This document shows positions 16,775 through 25,357 of a stretch of DNA of 64,000 bases, piece after piece. The first letter of the stretch is position 1. The number at the start of each line of letters is the position of its first letter. The notes under the pieces are model-generated. The model saw nothing but the letters and a program-made list of their open reading frames with translations. It did not search any database and was not told the DNA's origin. The position numbers were made by a program, and so were the translations under genes. Origin of the DNA: an uncultured Enterobacterales bacterium (GTDB lineage Bacteria; Myxococcota_A; UBA796; JAFGLY01); assembly GCA_964512185.1 (NCBI GenBank), contig CAZEJJ010000016.1, forward strand, positions 64-64,063. The letters are read 5' to 3'.

Positions 16775-19366
16775 TCAGGAACCGCCGGCTGCCGGCAGCT
16801 CCCAGACCGCCAGCTCGCCGTCGTCGGCCACCCGCAGCAACCAGCTGTCCAGCAGCTCCTCCGTGGCGGGGACCAGCTCGGGGCCGGGTAGCAGATCCCG
16901 GTAGAGCATGACGTAGCGCAGGCCGGTGCCGCGCAGCGCGGCCACGTCCTGGTCGAGCCCGGCCGAGCCCAGCTGACGGCGGGGGCGATCCGAGCCCGAG
17001 GCCCAGGCCAGCTGGTTCAGGAAGGCGTTGGTCTCGAACCAGAACGAGTTGGTCAGCCTGCCCGGCATGCCGAAGGGTGGGCTGTTCACCAGGCTCATGC
17101 CCGCCTGCGCCGCCTGGATGGACACCAGGGCGTGGGTGGGCTCCGCCAGGGGCAGAGCCAGGGCGGGACCCGGCTCGAGCCGCTGGAGAACCGCGGCAGG
17201 CGGCCAGGGCTCGGCGCGAGGCAGGGCAAAGCGCAAGGCCACCAGCGAGTCCTCTCCCCCCTCAGCGTAGTAGGGCGCAGGGGGCCACTGCCGGAAGTTC
17301 AGGCCCGCGGCTCGCACCGCCAGCAGCCAGCCCAGCAGCAGACAGATCCCCAGCAGGCCCGGTCCCCACAGCCAACCCGCGCGCAGCGCCGGCCAGCGCG
17401 TGCGGAGGCGCTCCACCAGGCCGTGCAGGCCCAGGGCGAGAGGCACGGGCGCGATGCTGGCCGCCAACAACAGGAAACGGTTCACCTGCTTGAGCTGCTC
17501 GAAGCCGGGGATCAGCAGGAAGTCCAGGTAGTAGGGCAGCAGCAGCGCGGCCTCCTGGTCCCCCAGCCGCAGCATGGGCCCCAGGGCGAAGATCAGCAGG
17601 ATCAGCACGTCCAGGCTGGCCAGCACGGCGCGCCGACGAGCGGCCACCAGCAGCAGGCACAGCGCCACCGCCGGCCAGTACCAGGAGCGAGCGGGAAAGT
17701 ACTCGCCGGGTGTGATCAGGTCGCGCAGGGTGATGGAGCGAGCGGTGGCCGAGAGCAGGCGATCCTGTGCGCTGCCCATGGGTGGGTCCTTGCCCCCTCC
17801 CTGCCGGGGATCGTAGGCCTCCAGGAAGGCCTGGGCATCCTCGAGGCGCACCGGGTGCAGCAGGTCGACGCCGCTGTGGATCAGCCGGGTCTGATCCCCC
17901 TGGTAGGGCGTGCCCTCGGTGCCAGCCTGCAGCACGTACAATCCCGGGGCCAGCAGCAGCAGGGCCACCACCGCCACCACCGCGAAGCGCTGCAGCCTGC
18001 GCCAGGGGTGCCGCACGAGCAGGCGCGGCAGCACCAGCAGGGGGCAGGCGGCGGCCAGGTAGAGCCCGTAGTGCACCTGGCCGTAGAACACCGCCGCCAG
18101 CGCGGCCCCGGCCGCCACGGGCCAGCCCCAGCCGGACTCCCGATCGGCCCTGTGCAGGGCGAGGAAGAACAGCGGCACCAGGAACAGGCTGCTGCGATCC
18201 AGGCTCATGGTGTCCAGCTCGTCCAGCAACACCGGCGCCAGGGCGGCGCCCCCCGCCGCCAGCAGGGAGCAGGTGGGGCCAGCGCCCAGGCTCCGGGCCA
18301 GCGCCCAGCAGGTAAAACCCAGCAGGGCCACCGCCAGGCAGACTCCCAGGTTGTGCCCCACCACCGGTCCCGCCAGCCAGGTCAGGGCCGACGGCAGCAG
18401 GTAGCCCAACCATGAAGGACCCGTCACCAGCCAGGTGGAGCCCTCCGGCCAGGAGTAGTCGGGGCAGAGATCCGACAGCCGTGGGAGCGCATGGGCCATG
18501 CAGCCCAGCTGGGCGATGGAGTCCAGCGGATCGGTGAAACCCTCCCCCTCCAGCAGGATCGCGCCGTTGGGATCCCCCAGCACGGCGGAGACGGCCACCG
18601 CTCCCAGAGCCAGGCAGAAGAGGCCGACGCCCGCCAGCTGTCTCGCCGAGGGGAGCCTGGCCCGCTCCCGCCGGAGCACCAGGCCCACCAGCAGCGCCAA
18701 CAACAGCGCCGGCGGCAACAGGCCCCAGCGCACCAGCCGCTGCCGGCTGCCATCGGGCAGGCGCTCGGCCGCCGGCCCGACCACCACCAGGGAGGCGAAG
18801 CTCTGCCCCGGCTCGATGCGCTGCTCGTCGCTGCGAAGCGGGCCGGTGGCCCAGGCGCGCCAGGTACCCTCGGCCAGGGACAGCAGAGCCAGGTTGCCCG
18901 GGGACACTGGAGCCCAGGCGAAGCCGTTCTCCCGGTCCTGGGGCCGCTGGTCACCGCTCTGGTGCTGGTCGGTGCCTGGGCCCCCTTGGCGCCGGGCGGC
19001 CACCCCCGTGGCCTGCTCGGGCAGGATCACCATCACCAGGCGTGGAGAGGAAGAGATGGCGTCCAGCGCGTACTCGCGATCATGGCCAGGCACGTGCTCC
19101 AGGACCCGGTAGTGGCCCGGCGTCAGCCATAGCTCAGCGAGCTCCCCGCGCACCCGGCCCTGCCGGGGGTCCAGGTCCGGCCGCCAGCCGAACTGGCTGC
19201 CCTGCGCGCCATCGGCGGTGAGGAAGCGCGTGAGCTGCTGCCCCTGCTCGTCCTCGATCTCGATGATCGCCACGTGGCCCGCGGCGAGCGGAAAGGACCA
19301 ATCCAGTCGCTCGGCTCCCGCGGGGGAGAGCGCTGCCAGGAGCCACAGCCAGAGGAACCAGGTCAT
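16775..19366 (-). CDS. Large membrane protein: exported N-terminal domain plus GT-C/YfhO-like domain
   Basis: Signal-like N-terminus, ~200-aa soluble domain, then DPLDS/YSWPEG loop, multiple TM segments and a C-terminal soluble domain. Confidence 0.55.
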   Translation of the reverse strand: MTWFLWLWLLAALSPAGAERLDWSFPLAAGHVAIIEIEDEQGQQLTRFLTADGAQGSQFGWRPDLDPRQGRVRGELAELWLTPGHYRVLEHVPGHDREYALDAISSSPRLVMVILPEQATGVAARRQGGPGTDQHQSGDQRPQDRENGFAWAPVSPGNLALLSLAEGTWRAWATGPLRSDEQRIEPGQSFASLVVVGPAAERLPDGSRQRLVRWGLLPPALLLALLVGLVLRRERARLPSARQLAGVGLFCLALGAVAVSAVLGDPNGAILLEGEGFTDPLDSIAQLGCMAHALPRLSDLCPDYSWPEGSTWLVTGPSWLGYLLPSALTWLAGPVVGHNLGVCLAVALLGFTCWALARSLGAGPTCSLLAAGGAALAPVLLDELDTMSLDRSSLFLVPLFFLALHRADRESGWGWPVAAGAALAAVFYGQVHYGLYLAAACPLLVLPRLLVRHPWRRLQRFAVVAVVALLLLAPGLYVLQAGTEGTPYQGDQTRLIHSGVDLLHPVRLEDAQAFLEAYDPRQGGGKDPPMGSAQDRLLSATARSITLRDLITPGEYFPARSWYWPAVALCLLLVAARRRAVLASLDVLILLIFALGPMLRLGDQEAALLLPYYLDFLLIPGFEQLKQVNRFLLLAASIAPVPLALGLHGLVERLRTRWPALRAGWLWGPGLLGICLLLGWLLAVRAAGLNFRQWPPAPYYAEGGEDSLVALRFALPRAEPWPPAAVLQRLEPGPALALPLAEPTHALVSIQAAQAGMSLVNSPPFGMPGRLTNSFWFETNAFLNQLAWASGSDRPRRQLGSAGLDQDVAALRGTGLRYVMLYRDLLPGPELVPATEELLDSWLLRVADDGELAVWELPAAGGS

Positions 19367-19486
19367 GGGGGACAGCTACCTCAGGACCGAGGCCGGGCGC
19401 AAACACGGGGGCCCGAGGCCCGCCCACCGGACCGGGCACAGGCTGCCCCGCCGAGGCTGGCCCCGGAAGCGTTAAGACCGGGGACC

Positions 19487-21946
19487 ATGAATCGCCCCCT
19501 GACGCGTAGCCTGCTGCTGCTGGCCTTTCTCCTGTCGGGCTTCTCCACCCTGACCTACGAGATCGTCTGGGTGAAGCACCTGGTCTATCTCTTCGGCGTC
19601 ACCTACCACGCCATCACCACCGTCGTGACCGTGTTCATGGCGGGCCTGGCCTTCGGGGCGCTGGTCGCGGGGCGCAGCGTGGACCGCTCCCGTCGGCCTC
19701 TGGCCATCTACGCCGGCCTGGAGCTGCTCATCGCGGGCTGCGGGCTGGCATTCCCCGTGGCGCTGGCGGTGGTGAGCCAGGTCTACCACCAGGTCCACGA
19801 TGCCATGCAGGTGGGCTTCTTCACCCACACGTTGGTGCGCTTCACGCTGGCCTGTGCGCTGCTGCTGGTGCCCACCATCGCCATGGGTGCCACGCTGCCA
19901 GCCCTGGCCCGCTTCTTCGTCCTCTCCCGCGAGCAGATCGGGTTCGACATCGGGCGGCTGTATGGCGTCAACACCGTGGGAGCGGCGGCGGGCTGCGCCC
20001 TCACGGGCTTCCTGCTGCTGTACACCCTGGGCCTGCAGATCACCAACCTGCTGGCGGTCTCCCTGAACCTGCTGGCGGCCGGGCTGGCCCTCGCGCTGCA
20101 CCTCTGGGCCCGCCGCAGCGACCGGCCTGCCGCCGAGCCCAGCCCAGCCCCCGCCCGAACCCAGGCAGCAGAGGAGGGGAGCGCGCCCCGCGCCCCCTCC
20201 TGGCTGCTGGCCGCGTTCTTCCTGTCGGGTTTCACGGCGGTCGCCTACGAGCTGCTCTGGACCCGCATCGTCGCCCTGCTGCATCCCAACGCCCACACGC
20301 TGGTCTTCTCCCTGGTGCTCACCTTCTACCTGCTGGGCAACGGCCTGGGCAGCGCCCTGTACGGTCCCCGCCTGCTGGGCCGCCTGGCGCCGCTGCGCCT
20401 GTACGCGGCGGTGCAGCTCGTGGTGGCGGGCCTGGCGGCTCTGTCGGTGCCCGCCATCTTCGAGCTGCGCACCAGGCTGGGATGGCAGTGGTACGAAGCC
20501 TGGGATCCGGCTCGCGACATCCTGGATCTCTACCTCTCCCAGGCGGAGTTCCTGGTCATCGCGGCCGCGGTGGGCCTGCCCGCCCTGCTCTTCGGCCTCA
20601 CCTTCCCACTGGGCAACCGCCTGTACGTGCGGCGCTTCACCCTGCTGGGGAGCGGCGTCGGAGCCGTCTACTTCTTCGGCGCCGTCGGGGGGATCGCCGG
20701 CTCCTTCCTCACCGGCTTCGTGCTCATGCCCCTGCTGGGCGCCAAAGGCTGCATGTTCCTGCTGGCCCTGTTGAACGGCGTGCTCGGGGTCGCCATGCTG
20801 GCCATGGCCTCGAGACACTCCGCGCGTGCGCGCCTGGTGGGCTCACTGGTCGCCGTGGCCGCCCTTGCGGCCCTGCTGTACCGGGGGCACGGCTTCTACC
20901 CCACCTGGATCTTCCTCAACATCCCCACGGCTCACGAGGTGGTGTTCTACAAGGACGGCCGCAGCACCAGCGACGGTGTGGTCTGGGTCCAGCAGGGGGA
21001 GCAGCGGGTGAAGATGCTCTTCGCCAACGGCGAATTCGTCTCCGCCGGCGCGGTGGGGGTCTGGCTGCCCATCGCCCTGCATCCCGACCCCGAGAGGGTC
21101 CTGATCCTGGCCTTCGATACCGGGGCGTCCTCGGGCATGGCCTTGAGAGACCCGCGGGTGCAGGCAGTAGAAGCCGCCGACATCAGCGACGTGCAGGAGG
21201 AGATCGCCGCCCACTTCGTGGAGGCCAACGACGGCGTGATCGCGGACCCCCGCTTCCGGCTGGTGGCCAACGACGGGCGCAACCACCTGCTCACCAGCCG
21301 CAGGCGCTATCCCGTGATCTTCAACGGAGTCGCGGCCTACTCCGGCTATCTGGAGCTCAGCACACGAGAGTTCTTCGAGATCGCCAGAAGCCGGCTGGAA
21401 GACGGCGGCATCTTCGCCCACAAGATCCACCCCCACATGCTCACCCCCGAGGGCCTGCGGCGCGTGGTGGCCACCTTCCTCGAGGTCTTCCCCGACGCCA
21501 GCCTCTGGCAGGCCCGGGTGAGCTCTGTGCTGCTGCTGGTGGGCAGCAACGACGCCCAACCCCCTCGTCTGGACCAGCTGGACTCGAGCCGGCTGGGGCT
21601 GCACGGCCCCAGCTCCGTCGAAGCGGCGGCCTTGTTCTTGACGGACGCCGAGGGCCTGGCCGCCGTGGCGGCTGATGGCCGGATCCTGGTGGACGACCTG
21701 CCGCCACGCCTGGGCGACCTGCTCACCCTCATCGACACCGGCTCGGACTTCCTCGCCAAGAGCCCCCACCAGTCCGCCATGTCCAACTACGAGAGGGAGA
21801 TCAACGGCATCCTCTTCCGCCACGAGAGCCCCCCGGGCGACTTCTTCGATGGCATCACCGACGAAGAGCACGAGCGGATCACCGCCATCCGCGCCCGCAA
21901 CGCCCCCCCGGGCTACGGGCCTGAACCCGCGCCCGGTAGGCGGTAG
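19487..21946 (+). CDS. Fused membrane (MFS-like)/spermidine-synthase-like protein
   Basis: FLLSGFSTLTYEIVWVKHL and IGRLYGVNTVGA repeated twice; C-terminal SAM-binding-like domain with NDGRNHL and STREFFE. Confidence 0.85.
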   Translation: MNRPLTRSLLLLAFLLSGFSTLTYEIVWVKHLVYLFGVTYHAITTVVTVFMAGLAFGALVAGRSVDRSRRPLAIYAGLELLIAGCGLAFPVALAVVSQVYHQVHDAMQVGFFTHTLVRFTLACALLLVPTIAMGATLPALARFFVLSREQIGFDIGRLYGVNTVGAAAGCALTGFLLLYTLGLQITNLLAVSLNLLAAGLALALHLWARRSDRPAAEPSPAPARTQAAEEGSAPRAPSWLLAAFFLSGFTAVAYELLWTRIVALLHPNAHTLVFSLVLTFYLLGNGLGSALYGPRLLGRLAPLRLYAAVQLVVAGLAALSVPAIFELRTRLGWQWYEAWDPARDILDLYLSQAEFLVIAAAVGLPALLFGLTFPLGNRLYVRRFTLLGSGVGAVYFFGAVGGIAGSFLTGFVLMPLLGAKGCMFLLALLNGVLGVAMLAMASRHSARARLVGSLVAVAALAALLYRGHGFYPTWIFLNIPTAHEVVFYKDGRSTSDGVVWVQQGEQRVKMLFANGEFVSAGAVGVWLPIALHPDPERVLILAFDTGASSGMALRDPRVQAVEAADISDVQEEIAAHFVEANDGVIADPRFRLVANDGRNHLLTSRRRYPVIFNGVAAYSGYLELSTREFFEIARSRLEDGGIFAHKIHPHMLTPEGLRRVVATFLEVFPDASLWQARVSSVLLLVGSNDAQPPRLDQLDSSRLGLHGPSSVEAAALFLTDAEGLAAVAADGRILVDDLPPRLGDLLTLIDTGSDFLAKSPHQSAMSNYEREINGILFRHESPPGDFFDGITDEEHERITAIRARNAPPGYGPEPAPGRR

Positions 21947-21955
21947 CCAGGAGCT

Positions 21956-22190
21956 TAGTGCACGCGTTCGGAAGTTCCTGGCCACCCCCACAAGCCGCCC
22001 TCGCGTGCACTATGCGACCGCGCAGCGGTCGCCTGGGGGGCGCGCCGAAGGCGCGGTGGGGGGTGAGGCCCCCCGAAAAAGCCTGGTGCCCGTGTGCCGC
22101 GGAGCGGCATGTACGGTCGCTGGCGACCGTACGGCCGAAGTATCTGGCCGCCCAGCAGGGTGGGCAGATACTCCTGGGCACGGGCTCTAG
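21956..22190. mobile_element. Miniature non-coding repeat element family A, copy 1 (235 bp)
   Basis: Aligns without gaps to 37078-37312 with 8 substitutions counted by eye; bounded by TAG at both ends; several internal hairpins. Confidence 0.85.
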
Positions 22191-22936
22191 AAGATCGGCT
22201 CGGGAAAATCCAGCCCCAGCAGCTCGTAGTCGGTGCGCATGCGCGCCATGAGCGCCTGGCAGGCTGCGGAGTCGAGGTCTCCGGCCTGGGCGGCCTGCTC
22301 GATGTCCTGGGCGCTGGGGGGAGCCACCTTGTCGGCCATGTCCTGCTGCTGCGCCGCGATCTGCAGGCGCTCTGCGGTGACGAGGAGGAAGGCACGGATG
22401 ATGTCGGTGTCGCCGGCCTGCCCGCTGCCGCCCTCGGGCGCTGGGGGTGCCGGACCAGCAGGGCCGGTGCCACACTCTGATGACCTGGAGAGATCCGGAA
22501 AGGGCATGTTGAACTGCTGGTAGCCGGCCTCCAGCTTCTCGAGCACCGGCCTGGCGGAGTCGCTGTCCAGGCTGCCACCCGCCACCGCAGCCTCTAGCTC
22601 GGCTTCGGTGGGCAGGATCAGCTCCGGATCCAGCCCGAAGTCGCGCGCGGCACCCAGCAGGGGCTCGATGGTGGCGTCGAGCACCGCTCGCAGCGAACAG
22701 CTACCTTCCGTGGACGGGCCCGAGCTGGGGCTGGAGCTGCCGCTGGTCGGGGTGCTGGTTGCTGGACTCGAGGATGGGAGGTCGTCGAAGCCAGCCACAG
22801 AGGGCTCACCACCGGCGAAGCCGGGATCCGGTTCCCGCACCCACAGGACCACCAGCATGATGAGGTTCAGCACCAGCAGTGCCGCCAGCGCCCCCAGAAG
22901 CCGAAGCAGCAGGAGGTCGTAGCGGGAGGGGCGCAT
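22187..22936 (-). CDS. Single-TM protein with a tandem-duplicated C-terminal domain; putative anti-sigma factor
   Basis: ATG 11 nt after the ECF stop; TM segment LLGALAALLVLNLIMLVVLWV; Ser/Pro linker; two similar ~65-aa repeats ending FP. Confidence 0.6.
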   Translation of the reverse strand: MRPSRYDLLLLRLLGALAALLVLNLIMLVVLWVREPDPGFAGGEPSVAGFDDLPSSSPATSTPTSGSSSPSSGPSTEGSCSLRAVLDATIEPLLGAARDFGLDPELILPTEAELEAAVAGGSLDSDSARPVLEKLEAGYQQFNMPFPDLSRSSECGTGPAGPAPPAPEGGSGQAGDTDIIRAFLLVTAERLQIAAQQQDMADKVAPPSAQDIEQAAQAGDLDSAACQALMARMRTDYELLGLDFPEPIF

Positions 22937-22946
22937 GCGGTGGGCC

Positions 22947-23510
22947 TCAGGATTCCTGGTGGGGCGGCAGCAGCAGGGGGCGCAGCCGCTGGCGGACACG
23001 GGTGAGCCGCGTGCGTACAGCTCCCGGGGACATGCCCAGCTCTGCGGAGATCTCAGGACCGGTCCAGCCCTCACCCTCCGCGAGGATCAGGACCGCCCTG
23101 TCCAGGGGAGGCAGCTCACGCAGCGCTCGCTCCAGGGCCTCGGACAGCTCCGCCCGAGCGGCTTCGATCTCGGGGCTGGGTGCCTCGGAGGCCAGGGGGG
23201 TCTCGGTGGTGTGCAGCGCCGGATCGTTCTTGCGTCCGCGCCTCATGCGGTAGCAGGCGTTGGTGACCATGCGCACCAGCCAGCCCTCCAGAGAGCCATC
23301 CCCTCGGAAGGATCCCAGGTGGCTGCCTGCGGAGAGCAGGGCGTCCTGAACGGCATCCTGGGCGTCTTCTTCGTTGCGGCAACGGTGGCGTGCCACCGCG
23401 ATGAGCCGCTCACCGAAGCAGCGGGTGATGCGATCCAGGGCCTGCATGTCCTCGGCCTGGACGAGCCTCACGAGGACCTTGCCGTCGCAGATGCTGGTGT
23501 CGGTCGCCAT
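22947..23510 (-). CDS. ECF (sigma-70 family group 4) RNA polymerase sigma factor
   Basis: DAQDAVQDALL, FRGDGSLEGWLVRMVTNAC, region 4 EISAELGMSPGAVRTRLTRVR. Confidence 0.9.
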   Translation of the reverse strand: MATDTSICDGKVLVRLVQAEDMQALDRITRCFGERLIAVARHRCRNEEDAQDAVQDALLSAGSHLGSFRGDGSLEGWLVRMVTNACYRMRRGRKNDPALHTTETPLASEAPSPEIEAARAELSEALERALRELPPLDRAVLILAEGEGWTGPEISAELGMSPGAVRTRLTRVRQRLRPLLLPPHQES

Positions 23511-23590
23511 GTTCCGTGCTCCACCATCCGGCGCCGACGAGGTGCCCACGCAGACGCCTGGGGGCACCCAGAGCATAGCGCCTTGGCTGT

Positions 23591-23995
23591 CTAGTAGTCG
23601 TCCTCGAGCTCCGCGATGGTGCTCTCCTGGAACTCGAGCTCGTCTTCCAGCTCCTCGACGCCGAAGGACTCCTCGTCCTCGTCGGCCCACTGGATCTCCA
23701 GCAGCTTCTCGAGCAATGTCACCAGGTCCTCACCCGAGAAATCCTCCAGATCCTCGTCCTCGATCTCCTCGAGCAGCAGGTCGATGAGCCCGTCCTCGAG
23801 GTCTGCCTCGTTCTCGAGCCAGAAGACGATGTCGCCGGAGCCCTGCTCGAGCTCGCACTCGCTGGCGACTGCCTGGAGCTTGGCCAGCAAGTCCTGAACG
23901 ACGGTGGCGTGGTCGTCACCGTGGGCATCGCTCTCCAGATAGAGGTCCAGCTGCTCCGCGAGCAGGTCCCGGAAATCCTGCGGTAGGTGGATCAT
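23591..23995 (-). CDS. Small, very acidic hypothetical protein (134 aa)
   Basis: 47 D/E against 3 K/R by manual count; coding-like codon bias. Confidence 0.7.
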   Translation of the reverse strand: MIHLPQDFRDLLAEQLDLYLESDAHGDDHATVVQDLLAKLQAVASECELEQGSGDIVFWLENEADLEDGLIDLLLEEIEDEDLEDFSGEDLVTLLEKLLEIQWADEDEESFGVEELEDELEFQESTIAELEDDY

Positions 23996-24116
23996 GCTGT
24001 TCTCCGAGGGGCGAAGAAGTCGCAGCCAACGCGAAAGGGGGAATCGGGCCACTGCATAGCGAAGATTCCCCGGGGGATCAAGCACCGGCGCCAAGCTGCG
24101 TGATAGGGTCGGGGCC

Positions 24117-25349
24117 ATGATCACCACAGACCTGATCCGCGCCCTCCCAAAGACCGACCTCCATGTCCATCTTGACGGCTCCCTACGCCTGGAATCGCTG
24201 ATCGACCTCGCGAAGTCCCGCGGCGTGGTCCTGCCATCGGAGACACCCGAGGGTCTGAACGAGCTGGTCTTCAAGCCCAGCTACGCCAACCTGCCGGAGT
24301 ACCTGGCGGGCTTCGCCTACACCTGCTCGGTGCTGCAGGATCCCGAAGCCCTGGAGCGCAGCGCCTACGAGCTGGCCCAGGACAACATCGCCGAAGGCGT
24401 GCGCTATCTCGAGGTGCGGCTGGCACCGCAGCTGCATGTGAACGAGGCCCTCACCACCGAGCAGGTGCTGGAAGCCGTCGACCGGGGCCTGCGAAGAGCG
24501 GAGCGCGAACACCGCCTCTCACCGGCGGTGTCCGAGCGGGCCGAGCCCCCCTTCAAGTACGGTATCATCGTCTGCGCGCTGCGCATGTTCACGCCGGCCT
24601 TCGGCTGGTACTACCGGCACCTGCACCGGGTCACGAGCGAGATGGAGGAGAAGCGCCGCTTCGGCATCGCCAGCCTGCAGCTGGCCCAGGCAGCCGTGCG
24701 CATGCGGGACGACCGCGGCCTGCCCATCGTGGCCTTCGACCTGGCAGGCCAGGAAGCGGGCTACCCGGCAGTGGACCACGCCGAAGCCTACTCCTACGCC
24801 CACGAGCACTTCCTCAAGAAGACCGTACACGCCGGCGAAGCCTACGGGCCCGAGAGCATCTTCCAGGCCATCACCGCCCTGCACGCCGACCGCATCGGGC
24901 ACGGCTACCACCTGTTCCGTCCCGACCTCATCACCTCCAGGCAGGTGCGTGACCGCGACGGCTACGTCCTGGCCCTGGCGCAGTTCATCGCCGACCGCCG
25001 CATCACCATCGAGGTGTGCATCACCTCCAACCTGCAGACCAACCCCGAGATCGGCACGGTCCGCAACCACGCCCTGCGGCAGATGCTGGACGCCAAGCTC
25101 TCCTGCACCCTCTGCACCGACAACCGGCTGGTCTCCCACACCACGGTCACCAACGAGATCATGCTGGCCCTGGCCGAGCTGAACCTGTCGGCGCAGGCCC
25201 TGCGCGATCTGATCATCTACGGCTTCAAGCGCTCCTTCTACCCCGGCAACTACCGGGAAAAGCGGGAATATGTGCGCCAGGTGGTCAACTACTACGACGG
25301 CATCATGCGCCAGGTGGACGCGGGCTTCCAGCCACCGCCGGGCAGGTAG
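24117..25349 (+). CDS. add: Adenosine deaminase family protein
   Basis: DLHVHLDGS, YLEVRLAP, FDLAGQE, TVHAGEA, RIGHG, CTDN motifs. Confidence 0.9.
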   Translation: MITTDLIRALPKTDLHVHLDGSLRLESLIDLAKSRGVVLPSETPEGLNELVFKPSYANLPEYLAGFAYTCSVLQDPEALERSAYELAQDNIAEGVRYLEVRLAPQLHVNEALTTEQVLEAVDRGLRRAEREHRLSPAVSERAEPPFKYGIIVCALRMFTPAFGWYYRHLHRVTSEMEEKRRFGIASLQLAQAAVRMRDDRGLPIVAFDLAGQEAGYPAVDHAEAYSYAHEHFLKKTVHAGEAYGPESIFQAITALHADRIGHGYHLFRPDLITSRQVRDRDGYVLALAQFIADRRITIEVCITSNLQTNPEIGTVRNHALRQMLDAKLSCTLCTDNRLVSHTTVTNEIMLALAELNLSAQALRDLIIYGFKRSFYPGNYREKREYVRQVVNYYDGIMRQVDAGFQPPPGR

Positions 25350-25357
25350 GTGGCTAG

